Assembly: GCA_039621445.1 (NCBI GenBank)
Contig: CP154954.1
Span: 16,770,589 to 16,834,588, forward strand
DNA from: Euglena gracilis
Lineage: Eukaryota
Direction: 5' to 3'
Length of the DNA stretch: 64,000 nucleotides
In this document: one piece after another, positions 1 to 11,505 of the stretch
Layout of the letters: each line of letters starts with the position of its first letter
Numbering within the stretch: position 1 is the stretch's first letter
Notes under the pieces: generated by a model
What the model saw: only the letters and a program-made list of their open reading frames with translations
Told to the model about the DNA's origin: nothing
The model's database searches: none
Position numbers and translations under genes: made by a program

Positions 1-19
1 GTATCTTTCGCTGGTGTGA

Positions 20-117
20 CCGATTCAAAAGCATTCCCGCTGGCGCTCATGGGTCCGTCCACCCTTGCAAATTTGTCAGCCAGCAATGCCTCCTGCCACG
101 ACGAGAGTATGATGAGC
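20..117 (-). CDS. Putative exon B of unknown multi-exon gene, copy 1 (LIILSSWQEALLADKFARVD...); 3' end uncertain
   Basis: On the minus strand it follows the pyrimidine-rich acceptor ...cccccgctctccgtcttgcag|, which is identical in the paralog at 37520. The paralog reads LITLTWWEGALLAYKIARVG in the same frame. Confidence 0.5.
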
Positions 118-659
118 CTGCAAGACGGAGAGCGGGGGCAGGCCACAATGTCGGTCAGCGAAATGTTGCTACCAACCCCTCTGCCGTAGAGTCTCCCGGA
201 TGGAATTGGCTTGTTGTGGGGTTGAGCCAGGCATTAGAAGAATATCGAAACTGAAGGGAAAAAAGCCATCTGCAAATCATGTAAAAGAAATCGATTTTGA
301 CCAATTTTTGAGCTAGGCAGGCCATATCCGACCGATTCTTACAAAATTTTCCCCGTTTGCCTCGTTTTGACCCATGCACTTTGCATTTGAAGAAAAAATA
401 CACTACACTGCAGCCGCCCTTCGGGGGTTGGACAGAGATTAAAACCGGGCTATACAGGGGACGGGGTCCGAGGCTGGGAAAAGACGCTGGCTGGCTGGCT
501 GGACACGCCGGGGTCCAGCAAAAGTTCCCGTGCCTCTCCAATCAATATCACAAAACCGGGTTTCTTCCCCCCATGTGCATGGTCAAGATTGGATATGAGG
601 CCAGGGGATGAAGGCAACTTCACAAGGTGGCAGGCAACGATCTTCAGGGTCTACCGCGT

Positions 660-802
660 GATGTGGTCTGGGCGCAGTCCGAGCCGCTTCGGAGCCGCGC
701 AGCTGCAGCCACAGGTCGGACTTGCCGGGGAGCTGCTGCAAGAGGCTGAACGGGGCGGCCATATTTGGGAGGCGGGCCGGGGCAAAGACTTGCCGGAGAA
801 CC
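660..802 (-). CDS. Putative exon A of unknown gene, copy 1 (VLRQVFAPARLPNMAAPFSLLQQLPGKSDLWLQLRGSEAARTAPRPH)
   Basis: Acceptor ctctcttctgacag|. The paralog at 38668-38802 encodes MAAPFSLMQHLPGKSDLWLQLRGSEAARTAPRPH with many third-position synonymous changes (gcg/gct, gct/gcc, cgg/cga, gcg/gca, aga/agg). Donor site not resolved. Confidence 0.65.
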
Positions 803-864
803 CTGTCAGAAGAGAGCAGGCGTTCATCTGGGGTTTCTGTGGAAGCCGACACGCTGGGCACAGC

Positions 865-1173
865 AAGGGCGGTCCTTAAGCAAATATAAAAAAACTCCGC
901 TGAGCCAGCACACTGAGTGAAAAATACACAGGAAAATGGGCGAAATTTTGGCATTTACAGTGAGAACAGGTCGACATCAGGCAAAAAAATGATTCCTGGC
1001 ACCCTTGGACCATCGTCCATCCCCCAAATCATCAAAAACTGTGTTTTTTGACTGTTCAATTTTTGTCCCCGTTCAAGTCCCAGTCTGGCCCTTAGCCGGC
1101 CCTTTGGCTGAATGGGAGGCGGTCCTTAAGGAAATAAAAAAAAAAACTTTCCTGTCCCTTAAGGACCGCCCTG
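865..1173. mobile_element. hAT-type MITE, TIR (C/A)AGGGCGGTCCTTAAG, 8-bp TSD GGCACAGC
   Basis: ggcacagc(857-864)|aagggcggtccttaag ... cttaaggaccgccctg|ggcacagc(1174-1181). Confidence 0.85.
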
Positions 1174-1319
1174 GGCACAGCACCCAAATCGCATCCTGTG
1201 CACCGATTTTCCAGGTCAGGTCCAGGACCACAATCCAAAAACGTGGATTTGTTCCTACCAGTGCTTTGAGCCAAAGGTCACCACATTGATGTACTTTTGC
1301 ACAAAACGTACCCTTACTT

Positions 1320-2930
1320 GTGAAGAATTTACTTATGACCCTCAACCAGACCTCACAGACCCTGCTGGCGTATTCTCCCTCGGTGTCCGCTGCCGCATCA
1401 TCGCCTACGTACCACGCTCTTCGACCGCGAGGAGGAGTCCCCTTCCATACCCCAAGTGAGACACCACCGACCCCGCCCGCAGCTTGGTGCGGTGCTGATG
1501 GGACGCTTCATCGCAAGCTAGGAAAACATTCTCCCACATGCGGGACTTCAAAGAGAGCATCGCCAACGTCGCCCTACCCTGAGAAACTCGATTGTTCGGT
1601 CTGGAGCTGCTTCCTGCAACGCCGGTGGCAGGCCTCCGATGTCCGCTCCAAGGAGTTCCACAACTGGTTTCGGAAGATGCTTCAATACCTGCGCTCCCAA
1701 GGGTCAGCTCATGCCCCCAAACCCCAGGTACCCATCCCCACACATCAGGCAAGCCAACAATCCATTGTTCTGGCAGACCTTTGTCCCACACCGACCACAA
1801 CCCCCGCCCCCGCAAATCCCCCCAGTTCCACCTCCAAGCAGTCAAATGAGCGATCTCAACTCGTGCCTGAACACCCCGGCGGCCATCCCCACACTGCCTC
1901 TCGGAGCCCCCATCGTCAAGGTTGTGGAGGAGGAGGTCCACACCTAAGAGCCGCACAGTACACCACAGGCACCAGGGGCCGACGACGCACCATTGCCGGG
2001 GCGGTCCGTTTTGTTTCGGAGGGTTTGCAGCCATTTCCCAAACCTCCAACCAACATCCAGCTGAACACAGCAGAGGACCCCCGTGAGGCCTCGAGCAGCC
2101 CCCCTCGTGGAGCCGGAGCCAATCTGGAGGGTGCCGAGGGGGACGCGTCCAGCCCTATCAACCGCGTTGTGATCCAAGAGGGTGCCCCGGTGGCAATGCG
2201 TAGCCCTCCCCCCTGTGCAGGTGCCGTCCCAAGTGTTGCCGTTGAGGCCTTCACCCTCATGCAAAGTGCTATGCAGAAGGATGCCCCGGAGGCCGTGTCC
2301 AGCCCTCGAAGGTGCCACCGAGGCCTTGACCAGCCCTCCCTGCGCAGGCACCATCCCGGAGGGTGCCTCACAGGTAGGAGCGCCAGAATTCAATGGGGCC
2401 CACCGATGTGTGTTGGAAAGGCCAGTGCTGGTGGACCCATGCCCGTTCCGGTGCAATTGCCCATGCCCGTGCCAGTGCCAGTGCCAGTGCCAGTGCCGGT
2501 GCGGGTGCTGGTGCAAGTCCCCGTGCCAGTCCACGTGCGGTCACCTCTAGACCAGCCAAAAATTGGACTGCAGGCTGAGCAGGGGGTGTGGAAAAAGAAC
2601 AAAAAAATATACACAACAGAAAAGGCACATCAAAATTTCACCCCTGAGCCTCAAACTGGTGAGGTTCACCGGCCGAGTGTACCCCTCCCCAGTGAATGTT
2701 CATTGATGACTTTACTTGGGAGGTCCGGGACCCCTCCTTCCATCTGCCTGACCTCCTCCGGGCCAATATCTTGGTTCATTTCTGTGGCCCAAATCGGCCA
2801 CACCCCCCCAGCCGGGGGATTTGCCCAAGCCATGATTGAAAGGGGGGCAAATTGCATACTGGGCGCTTGGCCCCCGACTTGGCTGCGCTTGTCCCAAAGG
2901 TTGGAACCCTGGCCTTGCCGTCAATTGTGA
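1320..2930 (+). CDS. Long Pro/Ser-rich ORF (536 aa) of unknown identity; possible exon or retroelement ORF relic, antisense within a putative intron
   Basis: Longest ORF in the window. GC-rich core at 1340-2550 includes a (CCAGTG)n tract giving a PV repeat. No recognisable domain; GTG start. Confidence 0.3.
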   Translation: MKNLLMTLNQTSQTLLAYSPSVSAAASSPTYHALRPRGGVPFHTPSETPPTPPAAWCGADGTLHRKLGKHSPTCGTSKRASPTSPYPEKLDCSVWSCFLQRRWQASDVRSKEFHNWFRKMLQYLRSQGSAHAPKPQVPIPTHQASQQSIVLADLCPTPTTTPAPANPPSSTSKQSNERSQLVPEHPGGHPHTASRSPHRQGCGGGGPHLRAAQYTTGTRGRRRTIAGAVRFVSEGLQPFPKPPTNIQLNTAEDPREASSSPPRGAGANLEGAEGDASSPINRVVIQEGAPVAMRSPPPCAGAVPSVAVEAFTLMQSAMQKDAPEAVSSPRRCHRGLDQPSLRRHHPGGCLTGRSARIQWGPPMCVGKASAGGPMPVPVQLPMPVPVPVPVPVPVRVLVQVPVPVHVRSPLDQPKIGLQAEQGVWKKNKKIYTTEKAHQNFTPEPQTGEVHRPSVPLPSECSLMTLLGRSGTPPSICLTSSGPISWFISVAQIGHTPPAGGFAQAMIERGANCILGAWPPTWLRLSQRLEPWPCRQL

Positions 2931-3110
2931 TGGCAAGGCCGGGAGGGCCAACTTAGGGGGCCAAGTTTGCATGTTAAGAATTTCGGCATGCACAAAATGG
3001 GCCAAAAACCTTAAAAAATGGGCGGCCAAGGTGGCAAGGGAAGGCTGAAGCCCAACTTTAGGGGGACAGGTGCACATGCAAGGAGGAGTGGAGCCAAGCG
3101 CCTGGGGCTG
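2860..3110. mobile_element. Dispersed MITE-like family (core GGCCAAGTTTGCATG..AGGAGGAG, ends GGGCGCTTGG/CCAAGCGCC); related copies at ~6205-6410, 8420-8595, 10385-10560(-), 11790-11970, 13261-13440(-)
   Basis: Shared core motifs in six places within 11 kb, in both orientations, with degenerate inverted ends. Confidence 0.65.
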
Positions 3111-4337
3111 GGTTGGGAGTGCTTGAACCCATTGGTGGGTGCAACAAAAAACAGCTGCCGTGATATCTTCACCATCAATTTGTTTTGACTGCCATTTTAA
3201 TTCCCCCTCTCAAAACTGGTCTGTCTCTCAAAATTGCTGTTGGTGGAAAAGAATCCAGCTGTTTTCAGGAAGCTCGGGTCGCTGGTTCTCCTCCCAACTC
3301 GTTCCGCAATAAACACACAATCCGACAACAAAGCCCACGCACACATAGTTCTGTCGCAGACCACATTGCAGGGGCTGCAGCGCATCGGGATGCCTGCGCA
3401 TGACGGACATCCACTCGCCATCCACTTGGGAGGCAAGGAGTGGGGCAGGGAGGGGCCCTGTGGCCCTGTGTTGCGGGTGGAAGCCGTTGGGGTTTTTGGG
3501 CCAACTGTCCCCTCTCTGGGCTTGTGGCCAAGCCGCCATATCAACATCAACGGGGCCACACCGAAACGCCTGATGGGTGGGGGGGTGGTCAGGTACCTCC
3601 AAGCCAGAATGGGGGGGGGGGTGAGGGCCCCCAGCTATTCCTAAAGTTTGCATGAAAACATTGGCCTAAAAATGTGTGCCTTGGGGAAAAATGGAAAAGT
3701 GGGGGGACACCCAGATGGGGGGGGGGGTGCAAAATATCCACACGGGCAGGCAAAAAAAAAATCACTGTATAAAACCGCACACAAGTACACACAACTGCAA
3801 AAAGGCATGCACTGACACATACTGACTTCTGGAAGAAGAAAAAACAGATTGTCAACATTCTGCTGTGACGGACTTTGGAAAAATTTGCTTCTTTGCCAAA
3901 AGAAAGTTCTTGGCTCAGGTGTGAAGGGTTCAGGGAGGTTGGACTCAAAAATAGAGTTACCCAAAAGTGGGTTTTCTCCCCCGAGGAGAAGAAAAGCTTC
4001 TGAGCCAGGCATCGAACTTTGAAACAGCAAAAATCTTTGTAAGAAAGGGGGGGGGCAAAAATGGTATTTTGAAGATTTTGGCCATTATACCTCTAAGTTT
4101 TAGCTGGAAACCCCCAAACCAGCCTTTGCTGGATTTTCGGTGGCCGGTTCCAGCTGGATGGACAAAGGCATACCATTCGCCCACTTTGATGTAGCCAGAC
4201 TGGAAAAAAATTCCAAAGGCAAAATAAAGTCTTTTCCCTGAGGGTCATGCAAACCCTCTGACCTGCAGCCTTGAGTAGTGGTCACAGGGATCCACTGTTT
4301 TTGGCACTGTTGGGCGACCGTGCCCAAAGGTTCTGTC

Positions 4338-4644
4338 CATGCTTGTGCTTACCAACCGGGGGGGGGGGGGGGAGGGGGGGGGTGGGTGCTATAGGGTGCC
4401 TGCCCCTAGCAGGCACACCCCCCCGGGGGGGGGGGGGGGGATAGGGGTCCGGGCCGGACCCAGAAAATTTTCATTGAAAATAGCCTTTACCAGGCCACCG
4501 GCGCCTTCGGTGCCGGGGTCGGAGGGGGGTGCCTGCTAGGGCAGGCACCCCCCAAAACCCTACTCCCCCCAGGGGGGGGGGGTCGGATCGGGTGCTATGG
4601 GGTGCCTGCCCCTAGCACCCACCCCCCGACTAAGCACAAGCCTG
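4338..4644. mobile_element. hAT-type MITE, TIR CA(G/T)GCTTGTGCTTA, 8-bp TSD GTTCTGTC
   Basis: gttctgtc(4330-4337)|catgcttgtgctta ... taagcacaagcctg|gttctgtc(4645-4652). Internal hairpin ccggcgccttcggtgccgg at 4498-4516. Confidence 0.9.
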
Positions 4645-4789
4645 GTTCTGTCCTGCTGATATGCTTTGAGTTGTGTAACCCATCAAAAGCCTAAATGAAA
4701 TGAGTCAGAGGATTGCTGAGGGACCCAGGGGTCAATAAAAACGGTGCTGGTTAAACTGGAAACCAAAGAATGCCCCAAATCAGAAGCGA

Positions 4790-4919
4790 GCAGGCCGCTC
4801 TCCCCGACCGCTCCCACCAAAGCAGGCTCGGTTTGAAATAGTAATAAACTTCCTTGATATATGCATTGGGTTTGGAGAGGACGGCGAGAACCCGCTTTTG
4901 GCTTTGGTGGAGGCAGCCG
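4790..4919 (-). CDS. Putative exon C of unknown gene, copy 1 (GCLHQSQKRVLAVLSKPNAYIKEVYYYFKPSLLW)
   Basis: Homologous to 47325-47432 (GCLRLNQSGVLAVL.../SYIKENYNYF). Same order and strand as exons A and B in both copies. Preceded by a T tract, but the acceptor reads CTG here versus CAG in the paralog. Confidence 0.5.
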
Positions 4920-5472
4920 CAGCAAAAAAAAAAAAGACAAACAGACAAAACGCCAACAACGAAATTTTCGGCAAATTTGGTCAAAATGTCATTTTTGATA
5001 ATGGTAGGTCTCAAGACAATGATAAAAAATCAGTTTTTGGGTGGTTTGCAGCCGAAAAAATTGTCCCCGGTGGCTTTCAGTTCTCCTCCTGGGGGGGGGG
5101 GGGTATAACCCCTGGGCCTGGGGGGCTGGAGGGCTTCCCCTTCGGCGACCTCTTCTGTGAGTTGATTTTCGATGATGGGTCGAAAATTCGGGCTTTGTCC
5201 CAAAAACAGGAAAAAAAAACCCCCTTCCAGCACCGGGCACCACTTTTTTTTTTTAAAAAACGCCTTTGGTAACTATGTGCATTCTGTACGTACACCTGCT
5301 ACAGGGCATTGAAACTAATTGACTGCCATTGACTGCCATTGAAACCGATCGACATCTGCCAAACATGATATCAATGACCAAGGAGGGGTGCATCCCCCCC
5401 AAGCTGAGCGATGGTGCATCCCCCCCAAGCTGAGCGATGTAGACCATACGTGGACACCTTAAATGTGTGGTT

Positions 5473-5815
5473 CATACCTCCCCCCCCCTTGTCGTTGACA
5501 CGCCAATGTTCCAGAAAAGTGTCGTTGACACGCCGTGTCAACGACACAGCACCTAAAAAAAAATCGACCGCACCAGTAACAATGAATGACCCCGTGAATG
5601 CATGTCCGCCACACTGTGGCCGGTGCGAATGGGGATGACATTCAAAGCCATGGCTGGAAAGAAGATTCAACCCATTGTTGAAATGTCCTGGCTGAAAGTT
5701 GTCAGAAACTGTGGTCAACGCAAAAGAAAAAAATATGTTCCAGGAAAGTGTCGTTGACACGGGGGGTGTGTCAACGACACGCCGTGTCAACGACAAGGGG
5801 GGGGGGAGGTAACTG
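5473..5815. mobile_element. MITE-like foldback element with ~30-bp inverted ends and GTCGTTGACAC/GTGTCAACGAC subterminal repeats; relatives at ~28255-28295, 29430-29720, 50600-50640
   Basis: tacctcccccccccttgtcgttgacacg ... cgtgtcaacgacaagggggggggggaggta. No clean TSD. Confidence 0.75.
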
Positions 5816-6670
5816 TGGGGGGGTTGCGCTTCAACTGGAGTCTCAACAAATGCAACAGAACAAAACGCAAATAAACAAATAAAGCCACAAAAAACACAAA
5901 GAATGGGAATTCGACAGGTATGAATTCCAAAAAAAAATTGCGCTCTGACTTCGACAAATGCAATTTGTTGGCTAAAAGAAATTCAAAAATGAAGGAAAGG
6001 CAATTGGCAAAAATAAAATAAAGTAAAGTAAAGTAAATGAAATGATATAAAGTCAGAAACTTGGTCAACGCAAAAGAAAAAAAAAAAAAAAATTCTGTCA
6101 AATTCATTTTTGCAGTTAAGGAACAAAAAAAAAAAAAAAAAAAAAAACAAAGGAAACTCAAATGGAGTTTGAGTTTGAGAATGGAGAATGAACTCATCCA
6201 TCCATCCCTTCCTGGGCGCTTGGCACGGGCCACAAATGAAGGTACGGCCCCGAGGGCAATTTGGGGGGAAAGTCGAGTGTTAAGAATTTAGGCCATGACA
6301 AATAAGCCAAAAAAGCCTAATGGGGGGACAAGGTTGCACGGCCGAAGGCCAACTTTTGGGCCAAATTTGCATGTGGAGATTATGGGGGCCAAGAGTATGG
6401 AGGGGATCCAAAGCTGTTGAAACTGACTGCAAAAGGCCACAGACACTCCAACAACAGCCCAAATAGCTTTTTCGGCACCTTTGGCCTTTTCACTTTGGCA
6501 CCTTTCGCAATCTTACATCATCCCTTCCCAGGACCCGAAGTGCTGGTGTAAACAGCAAATATCAAAAAAGCACATCCAAAAATAAGATTAGATTTGAGCA
6601 ACCAATCGAAACAGTGGACCTGGGTCTTATTGGGGGGGTTATTATTCTTATTTTGCCTTCCAATTATTTT

Positions 6671-7760
6671 GCAGAATTCTGCACAATCCACATGTTTTAA
6701 ACCCCCCTAATAAGTGCACGGGTGCGCGCATTTTAAGGACGTAGTTTCGGACCCCATGGGTGCGAAATTAGGGCAGTGCGCACTTTTTAGGGCAAAGCCA
6801 AAAATACTGACATTACCCCCACTCTTTTTCAGTTTTCCCCCAACTTTGTGATTTCGCTATGAGTCAAGTGATTATGTGTCAAATGTGTCAAATTGGGCTT
6901 GGACGATGAAAGTATTTGGAATGAGAAGGACAGTTCTGAGAATTGTGTGTGTTTTCAGACCTGAGATATGACAATGATTTCTTTGGGGGGTGCGCGCATT
7001 TTAAGGAGGTAGTTTCGGACCCTTGGGGGGTGCGCACTTATTAGGGCACTGCGCACAATTAGGGCAGTGCGCACTTATGAGGGGGTGGGGTTAGACTGAT
7101 TTGGACCAATTTGATCATTTTAGTCCCTTTCGTAAATTTAGGGAAATCACAAAAATTGATGCAATTGAGGGAATTGATGCAAAAAAACAGCCCAAAACTT
7201 AAATAACAAAAAAAAAAAATTGCAGAAAGAAAAAAAAAACCCAAAACAAAAAAAAACCCAGCTAAACCAAAAAAAAAAAGAAAAAAACAAAAAACCTCCC
7301 AAAAAAAAGACCCCGAAAAAAAAAAAGGGTGAAAGCTCCCAAACGAAGTGCAAAAAAAACAAAAAATATTAAAAAAGCACCAAAAAAAAACAGAAAAAAA
7401 TGGGGGCACCGCAAACACCTGCAGAATTCACAATCCACCATGTTTTAAACCCCCTAATAAGTGCACGGGCGCGCATTTTAAGGACGTAGTTTCGGACCCC
7501 AAGGGTGCGCACTTATTAGGGCAGTGCGCACTTTTAGGGCAAAGCCAAAATACTGACACTTTTTCACCCCCCAATCAAATTTGCTTGTTTCCTAGAAGGC
7601 GTTGAGTGTGTGCTTTCCGACCTGATATGACTTGGGGGGTGCGCACTTTTTACTTGGGGGGTGCGCATTATTAGGGCACTGCGCACAATTAGGGCAGTGC
7701 GCAGGGGTGGGTGTTAGACTGATTTGGATGATCATTTTAGTCCCTTCAAAATTTAGGGAA
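6671..7760. repeat. Two direct copies (~6671-7150 and ~7421-7760) of an element with GGGCAGTGCGCAC repeats, separated by an A-rich tract
   Basis: gcagaattc..cacaatccac..atgttttaaaccccctaataagtgcacggg at 6671 and 7421. Both copies end ...gttagactgatttgga...atcattttagtccctt...aatttagggaaatca. Confidence 0.8.
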
Positions 7761-9452
7761 ATCAAAAAAAAAAAAAACCAAAAAAAATAATAATAATAAT
7801 AATAAATATGTGCATTGTGAAAAAATCCGAAGATGGAAAAAAGGGCTGGGTAATTCCCTTTGGGTCAGTTTTGGCAGACAGCAATCTTCTAAAATGCTTT
7901 CTAGCCTTGTTCTTGTTGTCCCCTGAAAAATTATCATGCAGATTATATGCAAAGTTGTTGTTGTTGTGTGTGGTTGTTGTTGTTGTTGTTGCTGTGGTTG
8001 TTGTTGTTGTTAAAGTTATTGCAAAAACTATGCAAATTATGCGGAATTATGGAGGATTATGCCTCCCACCCCCAACCCTGCCTTAATGCTTCAATTACCC
8101 CTCCGAAACACATCGCCTCAACCATGTCCCCCCCTCGGGGGCATAACCTCCCTTAAAAGAAGCACAGGGTCCTGCAAGCGCAGTGTCCACATAAAAATGC
8201 ACCCCCCCACCGCCGGTCCACTACGAGCGCACCCGTTCTTCTATTTGTGGGTGGGTCAGGAATGGGACATCAATGCAAATTGCGGAGGACCCCGTGTGCA
8301 AGCACAATGCATTTTGTGAGGACGCTTTCTCCCGTTAGTCTCCTCCTGGCTAGTTCCAAACACACACAATTGATTGGATGAAACTGTCACACGACTGGAT
8401 TGAATGTTCCTCCACGATTGACGGCAAAGCTGGGGTGCCAACTTTAGGGGACCAAATTGCATATTAAGAATTTCAGCAGTCCAGCACAAAATTCAAAATT
8501 GGCCAAGAACATTAAAGGGGGGGGCAAGATCGCAAGTTAAGGCCGAAGGCCAACGAGTTTGCATGTAAGGAGGAGAGGCTGCCAAACGAGGGGGCAGCGG
8601 AGATACCTGCACATCAAATGCCTGGACCCTTCCACACAGATGGGCTGAAAAAAAAGCGGGTTGAGCTGCGCTTATGGGGAACTGGGGTGAGGTCAGTTCG
8701 GATTCCTGGCACTTCCAACAGCAGCTGTGCGTGTTGTGAGGGGAGTCGGTTCAGTGAACACCACAGAACACTCCCTGGCTGGCAAATCATTTTCCAATGA
8801 CTGCCGCCTTGCCAGCCCCAAACCGCATTGGCCCGCCGATCTAAGCATTGGAAAATATGAATCAGAGTGGTGTTGCCCGCACAAAGAGGAAGTACGAGTT
8901 GGAAAGATGGACCATAAAACGGAATGAGAAACCTCCCTTTTTCCCCTTCAAAAAGAAGAAGTCAAAACCACAAAAACTCATTTGAAAAAATTTGAAAAAA
9001 TTTGAAAAAAAGTTTTTGAAAAAAGACGATATGTTTAATGGGACTTTGGTTTATTGCCGAGCTGTAAAAACACAAACTTAACTAACCTTGAAACCTTTGA
9101 TGCGGTTTGATTGCTCCAGGAATGTCGCTTTGACACGGGGGCAGGGGTGCAACGGAATGGTAACAATAATGAAAACAGCAAATAACCAGGAAAGGGGTGA
9201 GTGTCAACAACATGGCGTGGACGGGATAAGGTGGAGAACTTCCAAAATTTCCACAACTGGGGATGAAACTCATGAACTGGGGTCCAGGGAGATTCAAGCT
9301 CAGTACAACCTTTATCAGGAAAGGTGGTTTCAAAAGCAGGAAGCCCCTAGCTCGCAAATCATTCCCCAGCTGGCGACCCCCAGAACCCCAGAAGGGAGGG
9401 CGGATCCACAAAAAATTGCTCAACCACCCTGGCAATTGGGGAGGGGGTCCAC

Positions 9453-10159
9453 CAGGGTTTGATATAAGGACAGGTGGGGGGGTCGGGACAATACAATTGC
9501 CCACAACCCCCGGGGGGGGGGGGGGGGCCCCCCCCCCCCCGGGGGGGGGGGGGTCGGCCACTCAGAAAAACGGCCACTTTCCAGTCACTTTAGGTCATTT
9601 TAGGCCCAAAAAAATTTTCCGGCGCCTTTGGCGCCTCGGGGTCACTCAAGCCACTTTTGCCCACTCCTGGCCGCCCCCCCCCCGGGGGGGAGGGGTCCGG
9701 GCCAAAAACCAGTCAGTCACTCTGAAAAAACCAGTCACCCACCCCCCCGGGGGGGGGTCGGTCAGTGCTTAGTGCTTAAGCAATTGTCTGGTCCGGACCC
9801 CCCCCCCGCGGACCAGGAGGGGGGGGGACACCCCCCACCTAAACAATAGCGCGGGCCAGGTGACCGAAATTCAGCCGCGCGCAAAGCGCCGAACCGAAAA
9901 ATTTTGATACCCCAAAACGACCAACAGTGCCATTTTGGTCATTTTTTGTGTAAAAATTTGCAAAAAATGCAAAAAATTTTCGGCGCAAAGTGCCGGAGGA
10001 AAAAAAATTGACCCTTCTTGGGTGTGTCCCGGGTACCCCCCCAGGGTCGGTCCAGACCCCCCTGGCAGGTGGGGGGGGTCCGGACCCCCCTGCGGGCCAG
10101 GAGGGGGGGGGGAAACCCCTGCACCTAAACTATGTACGCCCTCCTTGTATCAAATCCTG
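9453..10159. mobile_element. hAT-type MITE (outer), TIR CAGG(G/A)TTTGATA(T/C)AAGGA, 8-bp TSD GGGTCCAC
   Basis: gggtccac(9445-9452)|cagggtttgatataagga ... tccttgtatcaaatcctg|gggtccac(10160-10167). Confidence 0.9.
9490..9790. mobile_element. hAT-type MITE nested in 9453-10159; same family as 39952-40303
   Basis: gtcgggac|aatacaattgc ... ttaagcaattgtctg|gtccggac (7/8 TSD match). Interior is near-identical to 40030-40303. Confidence 0.85.
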
Positions 10160-10749
10160 GGGTCCACCCTCCCACCAAACAAAAATTCGGCTGGAAGTCT
10201 TTCAAAAAAGTTCCGGTCTGGCCTTCGGTCGGGACAGACTGGCCCATGGTGCACCTCCCCCGCCCCCACCCCCTGGTTCTTGAAAACCCATCTGTCCCCT
10301 GGAGGCAGGTGTGGGGTGAAATGCGGTGGCACTGCCAGTGGCACTGCAGGCCGTTACACCACTTGTCTTTTTTTCCCCTTTTTAACTTGGCCTTGTTAAA
10401 GTTGGCCTGCAGCCACAACTTGCAACCTTGGCCCCAAAATTATAATATTATGCACCAATTTGTGCACAGCCCCGAAATTCTTACCGTGCATACTTGGCCA
10501 TCCATTGTGGCCCCAACAAGTGTTGCCACCCGGGGGGGGGGGGGGGGGGCAACGCTTTGGTCTGAGGGGATAGTTGCCTCCACCACCTTGTTGGGTCGGT
10601 GCTGCTGGTTCCCTCTTCAAATCGTTGGCATAAAATTAATTTGCCAAGATACTGCCAACATTTCTTTTCCCAAAAAAACTCTCTGTTGACCATTGCAAAG
10701 TTGTACCCCAGTCCCTGTGTCAACAGAAAGACAGCCTGAATGGTTCCCC

Positions 10750-11505
10750 CATGGGGGGGGGGGGTTGCACATCGGGGGGTCAAAAATTGCAGTGCAAAAA
10801 AAGGAACAAAATGCAGAAAATTGCACAAAATTGCACATACTACGAGATTACATTGGATCCCTTGTAACGAGCATGCACACATGCACCTATTGGAGAATCA
10901 TCTTGATCTATTGTCAAGAACATCCAGAAATGACAGCGCGGCACAGCAAAACAAGTGAAGCCTGTTGGACAGCAGTCCGCCGCAGTCAGACAAAGCGGCC
11001 TTCAATGTCACCATTGAATAGCATCATAGTGGACAGGCAGTTGCAACACAATCAGCCGTGGCAATATGCGGCAATGCTTACGCCACTTATCCTGAATTCG
11101 TTCATCATCCAGCGGAAGACGCAACATGTCATACATAGAGGCTGCAATGGGGCGGAAATGCTCGACAAATAGTTCCCTCCCTGCCGGTGCAATACCTGCT
11201 CGGGGCAGGTTGAGAAATTATCAAAGACACCTGGGCAGGGGACTCAAGCTAGGGTTTGCACACTGAGTAAACCAACAATAAACAGCCTTTGAACGGAAAT
11301 TTTCACTACGCACATCAGTTTCCCAGCAAAAAAAAACCGGTAAGTTCTCAATTGCATCAAAAACTGACATTTTCCAAAAAAAATATCCTGGGCCATGTGC
11401 AATTAATTGCACAAAATTGCAAAAAAAAATTGCACATTTCAGGAAAATCGAAAATTGCACAAAATTGAAAAAAAAATTGCACGGTGCGATTTTCTCCCCC
11501 CCCTG
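10750..11505. mobile_element. Non-autonomous TIR element with AAAATTGCAC subterminal repeats and a ~450-bp unique core
   Basis: catggggg...ttgcacatc left end and gtgcgattttctcccccccctg right end. Flanks gttcccc and gttcgccc resemble a degraded TSD. Confidence 0.6.

Noticed and set aside
11060-11130. MLRLPLDDERIQDKW resembling a THAP domain
   Set aside because: The C2CH zinc ligands and AVP motif were not found.
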